NCBI GenBank assembly: GCA_951406725.2
Contig: OX597824.1
Span: 92,380,001 to 92,444,000 of the forward strand
Direction: 5' to 3'
Length of the DNA: 64,000 nucleotides
Source of the DNA: Octopus vulgaris
Taxonomy: Eukaryota
Notes under the pieces: generated by a model
The model's database searches: none
Told to the model about the DNA's origin: nothing
Seen by the model: the letters and a program-made list of their open reading frames with translations, nothing else
Made by a program: the position numbers and the translations under genes
Part shown: in pieces, positions 15,001-30,183 of the stretch
How the letters are laid out: each line of letters begins with the position of its first letter
Numbering within the stretch: position 1 is the stretch's first letter

Positions 15001-15426
15001 ATGATAAATCTCAGAGCGAGTTATAAACAGTAGCGGTAACACATCGTGACGCATATTTGCCATTTGAATATGGCTAACCCCTAAGGGTGGATGCTACTGT
15101 AGTTTGTAGCCCCAGGAAGATACTTCCTCCAGCTGGCTATAGACACACTATCTGTGCCCTATCAGTATTTGTGAAGGGAAGTAATCCTTCCCGACTTCAA
15201 CTTATGATACACACGGACTCGAGTTTCAATGTGTTTACCTATCATCAGCGTGTGACAATCATAGTTGTCGACGAGAATTCAGTTTCCCTCACAAATACAT
15301 ATACTTTTTCCAGTGTCGATTGACACTGATATTGAAAAAGTGAAATCAAACAATGATAAATCTCAGAGCGAGTTATAAACAGTAGCGGTAACACATCGTG
15401 ACGCATATTTAAATGGCAAATATGCG

Positions 15427-15430
<4 letters not shown>
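15001..15430 (-). mobile_element. Hammerhead-containing retrozyme-like element, family 1 (352-bp monomer + 58-bp redundancy + short inversion)
   Basis: Identical 58-bp direct repeats at 15001-15058 and 15353-15410. 15411-15430 is the reverse complement of 15046-15065. Homologous to 57780-58395. Inserted in TA-type microsatellite. Confidence 0.85.
15210..15254 (-). ncRNA. Minimal type I hammerhead ribozyme (stem II damaged)
   Basis: Minus strand: CACACG-CTGATGA-TAGGT AAAC ACATT-GAAA-C TCGA G-TC-CGTGTG. Core intact, palindromic stem/loop III, two stem II mismatches. Confidence 0.8.
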
Positions 15431-15457
<27 letters not shown>

Positions 15458-17509
15458 GTAATTATTCTCCGTAAGTTTTATATTTATATTCATTCATTCT
15501 TTGTAAGCTTATTCTATCGGGCTCTTATGCCGAACTGCTACGTTACAAGGACGCAAAACCACCGGCATCGTTTGTCAAGCGATAACTGTGATTGGGCAAT
15601 AAAACTTTACAAATGGAAAAGTGTGGCCAGCAAGCCTCTACAGAAAAACGTACAGGTATGTGTGTGTGCGTGCGGGTGGTACGTGTGAGTGTAGTCTATG
15701 TGTTTAGGAAGAGGTATGAAGGACAGAAAAGGTGTTGAAGATGCACTTAAGGAAACATACTTACAAATACTTAATGGGTCTCACCATTTTGATTATGTCC
15801 AAAAGTAAGACCTGGAGATACCCAGGGCTAACTTTACGCATCCGGACTAAACTTTACCGGGTGTTTATCACAGTCTTTTTGTATGGTAGATTTCATATTT
15901 GCTTGATATTTTAGCGTTACATCTTGGCTGACAGACTTTGCGCTAAAATAAAAAAAATTCCGCAATACCTTTCTTGACAACTGAAGAAAATTTTTGACAT
16001 GGGAGTGTGTGTTTTAAACAAGAAATTAATATTCGTAAAATTACAAATGAGATATTTTATATTGAGGATATATTGTAAACAGATAGATTTAAAAATATAA
16101 CAATTCATTATTTGGGAGAGATTTAGTAGGAACGAGGAAGTTCTACCCGATCTTGCAAAAAACCAGACTTACACACATGAGTACAGGTAAATTGATGAGA
16201 GTGGCTCGTTTTCAGAAACATATATTCGTATCCATATACGTGTGTTACATTGCAAGGTTACAGTCAATGCAAGGTGTGTATCTCTCCGTAGAGATGACAA
16301 TACCAAGATTCAGTAAATAGATTGGCTATGAGGTGTATAGGAAGCGTGCATACAACACAATCCGAAACAGCTTGTAGGTTAGCGCTCCTAAACATGTGGC
16401 AACAATGCAGTGTATCTCCGATTCACAATTATTACATAAGTCGTCCCTAATTTGGAAGCCACATGTAACATCGATTCTAATGATATTGTCAGAATGAACT
16501 TTCTTTCTCAGCAGCTCTTAAAATATAATGAAGCATTCCGAATCATGAATTTCCACAAGGCTCTTTGGGCGTAAACACGAAAGAGAATTCTCCAAGATAA
16601 ATGTTTTCTGAATACTTTCAGTTCAAGGTTGTGATATAGCCCTGAAGCTGTATGAGTCAATAATGGCGAATGCATGCATCGAAATTCCCCGAGGGAAAAA
16701 CTCATGGTCACAAAATTGTCATTTTCACGAACCGGAAACTCATCACATGGATGAGAAAAGAATTTCTTAAACATACTGGTAAAACAAACAAATGTGAAAG
16801 AGCGGAAACAGGTAAGGTTGTCATTCGCACGCATTGAAATCCCAATAAACAGCTGCCATGAAAATGAGTAAACTTAAGGAAAATGAGAGCTGAACAAACT
16901 CTAAAGCATATGCACACTTCAATTATGTTGACATGAAGAAAAAAAGTCTGAAGAAACATCTGTTTTAAATGAGATTCAAATAAAGTTTGTGAGATGCCCA
17001 AAGGGTATCACAACTGGTCTTTTTAAAGCATCCAAGGACAGACTTCCGAATCTCTTCAGATATTATTTCAAAGATTCTAAAAAAACGTATTACGCTACCC
17101 GAAGAATCCAAAAGTATGTGCCACGTATCGTGTAAAGGTGAGTGGATTGGTGATTAAGATGTTACACATATAATCCTAAGACTGTGGTTTTAATTACTCG
17201 ACCCAGCGAAGTGTTGTGTTGCTCAGCAAAATATTTCATGTCATGTTGGCCAAAACAGGAGGAATTATGTCAAGAAACGGCGTCCCATCCAGGAAGGGAA
17301 AATATACAATACCGAATCTGTGAAACCGGTCTTAAGAATATTTTGGTCAGGAGTGAGTTTTGATCTCGTTTTTTTTTATATTATAAAACGTTCCCATATC
17401 TGGGCTATCAGAACGGGCTCCTTTCTCTCTGATTGAATTGTTAGACCTTAACCTGTATAGCAGTCAGGAGCAAGACTTTAGACTCGAATTGGAACTCAGA
17501 ATGGGGGTG

Positions 17510-17625
17510 ATAGATTCCCTTGTTCGAAAATATAAGGACACAGATCGTGTCGTATAGCTAGCCTGAGACGATGTTTCCTGGGGCTAAATTACAGCAACAT
17601 TCGTCCTAAACCAGGACTGCCATTT
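17510..17625 (+). mobile_element. Degenerate relic related to the retrozyme families
   Basis: AATATAAGGACACAGATCGTGTCGTATAGCTAGCCTGAGACGATGTTTCCTGGGGCTAAATTACAGCAACAT aligns with 58280-58357 and 56178-56194. No hammerhead remains. Confidence 0.6.
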
Positions 17626-18271
17626 TATGTTGGCAAATAATCTTTACGCCAAAGTGCTATTGCTGAATATCTCTCGCTGTGAGATTCACAAACAATAATT
17701 TTCTTATTAAAATATATAACATTGTTTTACTTAAGAGCAGAGACATAACCGGCGATATCACATGTTTCAATACAATTTAATTCTTCAAATTCTTTACTGA
17801 TTTCCTTTGAAATTTAGCGTAATTAGCACTAGTTAACAGAAGTTTCTAAATGGAAGCACATTGTAGACAAGATAGCATAACAACAACGATATTAAACAGC
17901 TGCACTAATTTAGTTCCTGATATCAAAATAATTTGATGTTGTTTCTTGTTGGCTAATTATGGAGTGATGTCATTTGTAAAGTATCGTTCCATGAGAGCTA
18001 ATGCCGAAATACAAAATGTCTGCTCTACATCACTGGAGATTGCATATAATCCTTAAGACGGTTGGAATATGTCGGAGTATAAGTTTGTTCGGTTGCGCAT
18101 GCGGATAAATAACAAGGCTTGCCTATGCTCACGATGTTTAAAAAGCGTTGCATATTCGCGTGCTTGCATCTTGTCCCATGCAATATATTTCTTAATCGAG
18201 TAAATGGATACCTCATTAAAGCTGCTTGATGTGAAGAAATAGTAACCGAAGTTCCCTCGATATTTCACAAT

Positions 18272-18692
18272 ACCTATTTCTTTACTACCCACAAGGGGCT
18301 AAACACAGAGGGGACAAACAAGGACAGACAAACGGATTAAGTCGATTACATCGACCCCAGTGCGTAACTGGTACTAATTCAATCGACCCAGAAAGAATGA
18401 AAGGCAAAGTCGACCTCGGCGGAATTTGAACTCACAACGTAGCAGCAGACGAAATACCTATTTCTTTATTACTCACAAGGGGCTAAACATAGAGGGGACA
18501 AACAAGGACAGAAATAGGTATTAAGTAGATTACATCGACCCCAGTGCGTAACTGGTACTTTATTTATCGACCCCGAGAGGATGGAAGGTAAAGTCGACTT
18601 CGGCGGAATTTGAACTCAGAACGTAGCGGCAGAAGAAATAACGCTAAGCATTTTGCCATGCTGTGCTAACTATTCTCTCCGCTCACGGCCTT
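18272..18692 (-). mobile_element. SINE family A, head plus two tandem body modules
   Basis: Two ~185-bp B-box/core/tail units joined at AAAGAAATAG|GTATTTCGTC (minus strand). Confidence 0.88.
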
Positions 18693-19699
18693 TAACAATT
18701 AAATATTGAACGGATTTAATAGTCGTATAATGCATACCAGAAACAAATAGACTTATATGTGGAGATTAAGAAGGAAAATATAACCCTAGGTACACTATGT
18801 CGAAGAAAGTTAGGTCAGTTTGATCTCCGTAGATGCAACACATACAAGAGAGATCATTGAAATAAATAATGTTGCAAAGAATTCTAAAACAAGATTATCG
18901 TTCTCACAGTGGCTAACAATCTAGTTCAAATTACGCATGTAATTATTTTTGTGTCGCCCGGCATGACTACATTTAGTACGGAGTATTTGATAGCTCCTCT
19001 ACGTAATCATATCAGCAGCCATTTAAAACTACAGCAGCCGACCTGGCCATGTTGTATCTGCTGCATGGTATATGGAAGATACATGGTCGGTGTGGAACTG
19101 AGCTGCACGGGTGGTAATAAGTGTAGATTGTTTAAATGTGGCGTTAAATGTGGAGTCCCAAGGCCAAGCGTTTATCCGAAGTGATTGAGAATCTCGAAAA
19201 TACAGAAAGGTGAATGATGAAGTAAATAGTCCGTAAGTGTACATTTATTTTCTGATGCTGCAACTAGCAAATTATCCACCATATTTCTGCTCACAGAACA
19301 CTGATTTACGTCGAGCTGTAATTTATGCAAGAGCAATATCGTCGAAAATAATTATACAGAGAAAGGCGATGTAATTTGTCTCAATTAATTATCAAAGCAA
19401 ATATAAAGCTCACCGTATCAAACAATATACTGGTTACACAGACTTGTATTAATGAAGAAATATAACGAAGTCAATGTAAAATGGACGAATATTTCGCTCA
19501 CGCACACACACACATAGAAACATGCACAGAAACACACACACATCTATATAGGATATTAGTATATTTTATTATATCATTTATACGAAAACTTATTATATGT
19601 TATTAGTACATCTTTGCGGTGCTTAGATATACTCTCCAGTATGGTTAGTGTTCAAATCTATCGTGATTCTTCAACCGATGATATAGGTACAAATCTAAT

Positions 19700-20104
19700 G
19701 CGGCGAGCTGGTAGAAGCGTTAACACGTCGGGAGAAATGCGTAGCCGTATTTCGTCTGCCGTTACGTTCTGAGTTCAAATTCCGCCGAGGTCGACTTTGC
19801 CTTTCATCCTTTCAGGGTCGATTAAATAAGTACCAGTTACGCACTGGGGTCGATATAATCGACTTAATCCGTTTGTCTGTCCTTGTTTGTCCCCTCTGTG
19901 TGTAGCCCCTTGTGGGGAGTAAAAAAATAGAAATAGGTATTTCGTCTGTCGTTACGTTCTGAGTTCAAATTCTGCCGAGGTCGACTTTGTCTTTCCTCCT
20001 TTCGGGGCTTCGATAAATTAAGTACCAGTTACGTACTGGGGTCGATGTAATCGACTGGCTTCCACCCCCCAAATTTCGAGCCTTGTGCCTATAGTAGAAA
20101 AGGA
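19700..20104 (+). mobile_element. SINE family A dimer with TSD
   Basis: Head, then a module with tail 1, then a module with tail 2. TSD TAGGTACAAATC at 19684-19695 and 20107-20118. Confidence 0.9.
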
Positions 20105-21050
20105 TGTAGGTACAAATCAATCAAGATAAGGTACAACATCGATTTTCCAGAACGTTCAATTCCAAAATCTTTCCGGTTTACTTTTCTTTTTCCGAAGCAG
20201 GGTTGGTCATCACGGTTAAGAGTGCACCCATGTGTGACCTTCATGAATCATTGTGCCTTCAGTCAGTTATTTCTTAATGTATGGGTAACTGGATGACAAA
20301 TCCGTATTTACTTTAGGGAGGACGTATTTGTCATTATACAGGGTTTGTACACAATAACTCTACCGTTGATCCTGCCTTGGAGATTTCACTATTTAAATAC
20401 CTGATTCTCTGGAATCCTGCAAATTTTATACACACATACACACACAGAGTCTGAGAATACACATCAGATAATATAAACACAAATACAAAGTTAGGGGGAA
20501 AACTAATCGTGTATATGGGAAAATATATTAAAAAATATTCCATAGACATTATAACAAATTACCTTTTATAAGTAACGTTATTTAAAGCTTGAACGCATGT
20601 TTTCTCTAGGAATAAGAAAATAACGAAGTATAACTTAAATATATAGATATGAGTACAATCAGCATCATCAATGTACGAATGCACCTAAGTATCAAGAATT
20701 ATATTTTTAGCGAAGTAACATCAACCGTATTTTCGTTTGTTCTGCAAGGTTCTTGATATTCAAAGAGATTAATTTGCATCTCGGGAGGGTCATTATTCGA
20801 ATAATAAACAAACTCAATCGTTCTACTTCATGAAGTTTGTGATTAATCAATTCGTTAATATTTAACCCATTAGCTAATCGATTGTTTCATTAATGATATA
20901 AGCATCAAGTAGAGAGGGTATGTCATTGAGGGATTTGCACGTGGCGATGAAAGGGCTTTGCCAAAGTTGGCTGCTCGGTTGACTCATTGGCCCCAACGAG
21001 TTATCAAGTAATCGGTTAATTAGTTAAATGTTAACGAATTGAGTAATAAC

Positions 21051-21480
21051 CCTTTCTGTTATCGGTACAAGGGTTCATGTTTTGGGAGTGGGTGCTAGTT
21101 GATTAATTGATCCCAGTGCGCAGTTAATACTAATGGCATTGACCCCAAATTGAGGAAAGGAAAACCCGACCTCGGCAGAATTTTGTATCGGAAGATAAAG
21201 GTGGACGAAATGCCCTAAGCCTTTTGTCCGGCTTGCCAAACATATTTCCAACTCTTCAAATTGACTAATAACGGTATCAAGTGTTAGCACAAAGCCAGCA
21301 TTTTCGGTAGGTCGATTACGACGACCCCAGTTTACAACTGGTACTTAAATTATCGATATCGAAAGGATGAAAGGAAAAGTCTTCCTCGATAGAATTTCCA
21401 ATTTAGAACGTATATACAGACGAAATGCCGAGAAGTATTGTGTCAGGCCTGAAAACAATTGTACCAGCTAACAACTTCCG
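21051..21480 (-). mobile_element. Two degenerate tandem SINE family A copies
   Basis: Two runs with CACAA.G tail, GACCCC/GAAAGG core and GACGAAATGCC head, separated by AATTGAxTAATAAC-like spacers. Confidence 0.65.
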
Positions 21481-21975
21481 AATTCATTAATAAGGATACT
21501 AGAAATGAAACCTTGTGTGTGCACATTATTGCCAAAATAACGCTTCCGATGTAGAACGAAAACTCTCGTAATACTATGAATAGAAAATACCAGCCATTTA
21601 ACATCTAAAATCCGTGAAACTAGCATCTGATTCAGGTACAACGATGGGAAGCTTGAGAATAGGGATTAAGCCGATTATATAGTTTTGGAACTAGATGTGC
21701 CCTAAATTTAAGGACTCGGAAACGATGAAATGCAAAGCTGATTTGGAGGATTTTGAAAGCAAACATAAGGGAGAAAGATAGCGAAATATTTTTTCTTGGT
21801 CTTCTAAAGTATTTGCCAGTTTGCCACATGTGAGACGTGAGATAATATAAACAAGTTTCAAGGTATGAAATAACATAAGAGTGTTTTTTGCCCACATCAT
21901 AAATTTTAAAAGTAGAGGATATAACGGATTCATAACTCTCCGCTGTGTGTATGAATGTGAGAACAAAAATATTTA

Positions 21976-22125
21976 CGAGAGGAGAGCTGAAAAGTTCCTG
22001 GCTTTGGGTAAAAGAAAATTCGAGAGGATCAGTTAATTATGATTTTATTCAATTATGATTTTATTCAACATATTCTCCTTCCCAGATTCACACGCTTATT
22101 GCAGCAGTCCTTTAGTTCTCGTAAT
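21976..22125 (-). mobile_element. Mariner-type transposon 3' end fragment
   Basis: TA|CGAGAGGAGAGCTGAAAAGTTCCTGGCTTT terminal inverted repeat. The minus strand shows a transposase-like end (..CNKRVNL..EYVE*). Matches the inverted end at 56235-56262. Confidence 0.65.
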
Positions 22126-22281
22126 CCGTGTAAAAGAACTTGGAAGGTCGGATCTGCGACCAAACCTTACAAAATACCCTGCAAGTCAGGAATTTTCCAA
22201 TACCCCCGAAACAATACGTATGTATATGTGTGAGAATATATATACATATATTTATACATACATACATACATACATACACAT

Positions 22282-22337
<56 letters not shown>

Positions 22338-22813
22338 CATACATGCACACACCCACACCTACACATACACATACACATACACGGATACACACAGATACAC
22401 AAGCAGGCTGTTCTAAGAATTGTCATTCTAAGATTTTAAATCGCAAATATTACGTAAATTTTCTCTTGAAAAGTTAGCTGAGCTGGCATTGGAAGCGGAG
22501 TTGGTAGAGAAACATTTCTAACTGATTATTAAAGATGTCTTTCTTTGTCTTCTTGGTCTATTTATGTACACCTATATCGCCCGGACTACATTTTGGACTT
22601 TGGCTGTAATAAATATATTTCTCGACTGTAATTAACGTAATGAGTTTTATATCGCATTATACTTGCCAGTAAACTCTACTTTTGATGGATATAACATCAC
22701 GCTCACACACATACACACATATATTTGTTATACATATATTTACTTATTCATATATATGTTTATTGTGTGTCTGTCTATGTGTGTGCGCATGTGTATGTCT
22801 CTCTCTATCTCTC

Positions 22814-22923
<110 letters not shown>

Positions 22924-23429
22924 CGAATGGTTATTTATTACGGCTCCTTGGTTTACAATCCTGTAAATAATAATAATGGTATTTTTATATAAGCTTAAAG
23001 CTTATGGCGACCACCGTGAAATGATTAAGGAAAATAGTCTAATAAAGGGGCATATAAGCCCTCGACAGAAAAGCCTTCTTTATGCGTTTTGAAGTCGACC
23101 CTAAAAAAATGTTAGATCTCTTTCTTAATTCAGAAGACTCATTGATACATTCCTATCCTAATCGTGAGAATCTTGTATAATCTTACAATGATTTTGATTG
23201 TGTAAATGTGTAAATTCTCTGAGCATGACCTCTTAAAGAAAATTTATATAAGCTCCGTATAGCTCTTTGACTTCACTATTAATTGCAAACTCGCCTGATT
23301 TCATTATAATAAAACTTTCAAATATATCTAACTTTTATACCACATCGTGTCGACGTCGCCGCCGTCATCATCAACATGTTCATTTTTTGTTGTTGTTTAA
23401 AGATGTGACACTTCACATATATATATATA

Positions 23430-23805
23430 CTAGCAGTATTGCCCGGCGTTGCTCGGGTTTGTAAGGGAAATAACTATAAAGCATTTTTAGAGAGTTATAG
23501 CCAAAAAATAGCAAAAAAATGGGAAAAAAATTATGGTAATTTTTTTTGAGGGTTAAAAGGTCGAGTTGCGTCCCCTAGACAGTCTGTGGCTTGTGTTTCT
23601 GATTCTCGACCCCATGTCGGATTTATCGATTTTTTTCAGAACTGGGGTAACTTTTCAAAATTTTCATCTGCGTTAGTTTTGAATTATGACATTGGGCTAT
23701 GTGTGTGTCAAGTTTCATCAGAATCGGTTGAAAGCCGTGGTCAGGGTGAGGGTACAACCTGACAGACACACAGAAACACACACAGACAAACTGCCGTTTA
23801 TATAT

Positions 23806-23808
<3 letters not shown>
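23430..23808 (-). mobile_element. Non-autonomous Helitron, complete
   Basis: Minus strand A|TCTATATATAAACGGCAG...CCCGAGCAACGCCGGG-CAATACTG-CTAG|T: 5' TC, subterminal hairpin, 3' CTAG, inserted in AT with no TSD. Confidence 0.88.
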
Positions 23809-23893
<85 letters not shown>

Positions 23894-24864
23894 TGTTTGA
23901 GAATATGCTTTCAAATTATTTTCAAGAAGACATACATAGCTTTTGGGCTACTCTGCAGCTTACAAACAGGACCGGATGTGAGTGTATAAATATGTATAAA
24001 TGTGTATTTCTGCAGTGAGTATGTGCTCTTAAAGAAATTCTCCAAGAACCGAATATATATTCTTAGCTTCACTATTCTTTGCAAACTCAGTCTGCTTCGA
24101 GCTTTGAACATATAAGGCTGTAAGTAAAAACTTCAATAACCTTTGTCCGGTCCCGTAACAGTACTGCGGATCTTAAGGTTTTGTGTTTTGAATTGCTCGT
24201 AAAAGCAGGTTCGGTGTAGTAATGCGCAAAGAACCTTCGGCTATCTATTTAATTCCGTTAGGCCTTCCTTCACGCTCTGGCTTCAAGTGCCACAGTGGTA
24301 ATTAACTTTCCATTAATCACACTGAGATTAATTTTTTTTAAAATCCCCAAAACTAGTCTAATAATCACCGGGAATTAACTAGCCACGCACACACACACTT
24401 GCCAAATGTCCGCTGGTTTTACACAAGTGGGGACAGTAACGGTTTGCATATCTAAGGTGGGCGTTGGAACAGTGTCTGAAATTGGTTCAATGTTTCATAT
24501 TTCTGGGGTGGTGAATATTCCTAGTAGCCAAGTAGAGCGGTCATCCTCTTCGTGTCCCGTAGCATTCACTTGACAGATTTTGCTGTTGCATTTTGCCTGT
24601 GTGAGAAAAACGTGCATTAAATCCATGCAGCAGTTTAGAGATTCGGAAACATTTCTAGAAAAGAACATGTGACGTGTGGAGCCAGAAGAGATGCTGTTAA
24701 AGGCCAACCAAAATTCGAAAATTGAAGGGACGAAAAAATACCAGAGAGAGAGAGAGGGGGAGAGAGGGAGGGAGGGAGAGAGAGATAGACAGACAGGAGA
24801 GAGAGACGGAGAGAGAAAATGGTATAGGTGTATGAAAGCGATGTCAACTATGTATATATATATG

Positions 24865-24898
<34 letters not shown>

Positions 24899-25009
24899 CA
24901 TATGTGTGTGTGTGTATCTACGCACAAATGTATTTATATATGTATATTAGAAGAAATGAGTACCTCCTGTCTTCTAATATATAATACATGTACATCATCT
25001 CAAACCTTA

Positions 25010-25142
25010 TATCGGCAAAAGAGACCGATAGAATAAGTACTGGGCTTACAAAAGAATAAGTCCCGGGTCGAGTTGCTCGATTAAAGGCGGTGCTCCAGCA
25101 TGGCCACAGTCAAATGACTGAAACAAGTAAAAGAGTAAAAGA
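25010..25142 (+). mobile_element. SINE family D 3' fragment
   Basis: TCGGCAAAAGAGACCGATAGAATAAGTACT...GACTGAAACAAGTAAAAGAGTAAAAGAG tail. Confidence 0.8.
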
Positions 25143-25294
25143 GAGAGAGAGAGATAAATATATATATATATAGTTGTGTGTGCAATTCTTTGTGAAGAGA
25201 GGAACAGTGAGAGATACACAGGCATGGCGGGGTGAGATTTGTAGCAAGATTCATACTGGAGAATATAAAATAGGAAATAAATAAATATTTGTTC

Positions 25295-25505
25295 CTAATG
25301 TTTAGCACAAGGCCAGCAGTTTTGAGGGGGCTGGGTAAGACGATTATATTGGCTTCAGTGCCCAACCACTACTTATTTTATCGAATCTGAAAGGATGAAT
25401 GGCAAAGTCGACCTCGGGGGAATTTGAACTCAGAACATAAAGGCAGACGAAAAGACGCTAAGCATTTTGCCCCGCGCGCTAACGATTCCGCCAGCTCTCC
25501 GCCTT
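25295..25505 (-). mobile_element. SINE family A
   Basis: Head, B-box, core and tail 2 are recognisable. Confidence 0.8.
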
Positions 25506-25858
25506 CGGAGAGGAAGAGTGAATTATAAAGACGAAGAATAAGAATAAGTGAAATCGAATGAGACAATAATGGTAATAAAAGAAGAATGAGAAGAATGAGA
25601 GAAAAAGGAAATTTATTACTTTGGAGATGAAAATTACTACAACATAACGGCAGCTGGTAAGGTTTACATTGAGAGAAGAGATACAACATTGGAGTTGAGG
25701 GAGAGAGAGAGAGGGGGGGAGAGAGAGAAATAGAGAGGATGTGAAAAGTAGAAAGATAGAAGGAAAGAAGGAAGAGGACTTATTGAATGGATTTCCTTCA
25801 AAGTTCCTTACAATTGTTTACTCACTTGTTACCTATTATGCATTCTCCCCACCAGTCT

Positions 25859-25900
<42 letters not shown>

Positions 25901-26102
25901 GTGTGTGCGTATGTGTGAGTGTATGTATATATGCATGCATATAAATATCATTGTATATAGTTATGCCTATATATATACATATATATAAATATAGCATTTT
26001 CTTCATTTCCTTTTATATATATATATATATACAAATATATATACTCACATATATATATACATACATTTATACATATATGCGTGTGTATATATATATGTAT
26101 AC

Positions 26103-26155
<53 letters not shown>

Positions 26156-26182
26156 TATGTATATACATATATGCATGTATGC

Positions 26183-26215
<33 letters not shown>

Positions 26216-26282
26216 TGTATGTATGTATGTATGTATGCATGTATGTATGTATGTATGTATTTATGTATGTATGCATGTATTA

Positions 26283-26347
<65 letters not shown>

Positions 26348-26976
26348 CCATACATGCTTGTGCTTTGTGTGTATATAGAGAGAACGAGGGAGAGTACGAT
26401 TAAACATGGAAAGAATATAAAACATAGAAAGCGAGTATTTCCGGTCCGGGCGCCTTTCGAGATTTGAGAATTCTCTGGAAGTTGCCATAAATTCTAGAAA
26501 TATCTATTGGACATGAGCCAAAATTGTGATATTTAGTATCAAGAAATCACGGTGTAGGAATGGCGATGGGATAAAATATGGATTTATCATCTATCTACTG
26601 GTATTGGTGGAAGGTATACGTGGCGGTATGAGTTAATCTATTGCTAGTGTTTTAGTAGCCATTTTGGTTTTGATCTCAACTGTCTTTTTAGAAATCTTGG
26701 GTTTTGCCTTTAATGTTATCAGTTGGCTTTTTGTAGTGGTGGGGTTTAGGGTGAACTCGTAACAATATATTTTTTCTATTATGTTTTTATACTTTTGGCT
26801 GTTAATCATTCCTGACGAGGCAGATATAACTGGGCACTGTGCCGGATACGACGTTAAACGTTCCAGTTGATCGGCACACTAATGCATACATCTACACCAC
26901 ACATGCATCACATAGCTTCATATAACCTGTGTGAATACAGCCACACGCATCCTAAAGTACCGACGACATACACAAA

Positions 26977-27100
26977 TGTGGCTGTGGGGTAAGAAGCTTG
27001 CTTCCCAACCGCATAGTCGCCGGTTCAATCCCACTGCGTAGCACCTCGAGCAAGTGTCTTCTAGTGGATTTGTTAGGCGGAAACAGGAAAAGAAATGTCG

Positions 27101-27105
<5 letters not shown>
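26977..27105 (+). mobile_element. SINE family D 5' fragment
   Basis: GTGGCTGTGGGGTAAGAAGCTTGCTTCCCAACC...GGTTCAATCCCACTGCG head. Confidence 0.75.
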
Positions 27106-27163
<58 letters not shown>

Positions 27164-27730
27164 AAGGCGCTTGGCTTAGCGGTTAGGGCATTCGATTGTA
27201 GGTGGTGAGTTGTGTCCTCGGGCAAGACATTTTACTTCACGTTGCTCCAGCCCACTCACCTAGCAAAGATGAGTTCTACCTGTATTTCAAAGGATCAGCC
27301 ACTTATTGCTAACCACACACACACGCATACATTCATACAGAAGTATGTACTCTAGAGTACAGCCTTTGCGGCTACACAACATGCACTGAAGTACACACAA
27401 CAAACACATATACACATAAAAGAAACTCCGTCGGCTACGACGACAAGTATTCCAGCCCAGTCGATCAATGGGACAGTCTACTCATGAAAGCAACGTGCAA
27501 GTGGCTGAGTACTCCACAGACACGCGTACCCTTAAAAGATTCAGCGTAATAGAGAGTGCGAGCAGGCTGTCCCTTTGAAATACAAGTAGAACTCATTTTT
27601 GCCAGCTGAGTGGTCTGGATCAACGTGAAATAACTTGACTTGCTCAAGAACAAAACGCGCAGCGCGGAATCGAGCTCACGGCCTTCCGACCGCGGGCCGA
27701 ATTTCCTAACCATTTAAGTACGAGACTTCA
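27164..27730. mobile_element. Inverted pair of SINE family C copies (+ 27164-27300, - 27420-27730)
   Basis: Same head and core as family B, followed by the CCTGTATTTCAAAGG...GTCGTCGTAxCCGACGGAG tail. Confidence 0.7.
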
Positions 27731-28357
27731 TAAAAGCAACTCTACGAGCAAAGCCATTCTATAAAGAGCTTGCTCTATTTTTAGGGACGTATAACACTAC
27801 ATTATCGGAAATGGGAACGTAAAGAGCTAGAACAAAGACCACAAAGGATTTTGTTCGACGCTCCAACAGTAGCGCCAGTTCGCTGTCTAAGGCCAGCAAA
27901 TTTGTGGGAGGGCATAAGTTAGTACCAGTCACTCTCAAGAAGAATGAAGGGCAAAGCTGACATCTGGGTTTGAACTCAAAACGAATGAAGAAAAAAGACA
28001 TGTTGCTGTTGTTTCTAGCATGATCACAGGCTGCACAGTGCTTTCTATATAAGCGATTTGTACAATGAGGTTTATATTTGTTGGTCTTGAGGAATTGATT
28101 AGAAGGCCAAAAAATGTGACGAGTGGTGAAGCTGATATCAGCCGCACCAGTGCTTGACGGGTACATACAACATCGACACCGAGAGCTTGGAAGGCAACGT
28201 AGATCGCCGTCGCATTCAAACACAGAAGATAAAGGATCGAATCAAGTGTCTTCCATCCTTTAAAGTTTTCAAGTGGATTTTGCAAATTTTTTAATTGTTG
28301 CTCGAACCGAGCAGTATCCATCCGTTCATTTTTCTATGCATAGTGGACTCACTCGCT

Positions 28358-29462
<1,105 letters not shown>

Positions 29463-29944
29463 AATGACACTGGAGGGCATAAAAGTTATAAATAGTTGAA
29501 AGACGAAGAAGAAGAGAAAAAATAACAACAAAAAAAAGCCAAATAATCTATGAAATAAATTCGAAGAGTTGGACTAACAACATAACGGAAACGAATAAAA
29601 CAGTAAAGAATTCTGGGATACAAAAGAAAGAACAAAATTAAAGAATGTTGCCATTCGTAAGAACCGACTGTTTCCGAGTGGAGAAGCTTATTTTGGAAAA
29701 TATAAATTCTTTATCAAAAATCGTTTCCAAAATAAATCGCTTTATATCAATATACACACGATAGTTAAGAGGAAGACGCGAGGGGTGGTGTCGATGGCGG
29801 TGACGGTGGTGGTGGTGGTGGTGGTGGTGGTGGGGATAGCAGCGATGGCTGCGGCGGCGGTTGTGGTGGTGGTGGTGGTGGTGGTGGTAGTAGAAAAGTT
29901 CCTCACAGTTTGACATTAGGACATTGCGTCCATATGTACGTGAC

Positions 29945-30020
<76 letters not shown>

Positions 30021-30028
30021 CATATATT

Positions 30029-30060
<32 letters not shown>

Positions 30061-30183
30061 TATATGTATATACGCATGTGTATTTTGTGTGTGTGTGCAC
30101 TTGCATATATGTGTATGTGCGTGCATGCGTAAGTGTGTGAGTGTGTTTGTGTTGTGTGTATGCATATGTGTATATATATATAT

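Noticed and set aside
15690-17070. Coding-like unique sequence, perhaps a decayed DNA transposon
   Set aside because: All frames are interrupted and no motif is recognisable.
23700-23730. CTGATGA on the minus strand as a hammerhead
   Set aside because: It is part of the Helitron motif CCGATTCTGATGAAACTTG, with no stem II or downstream GAAA/UH arrangement.
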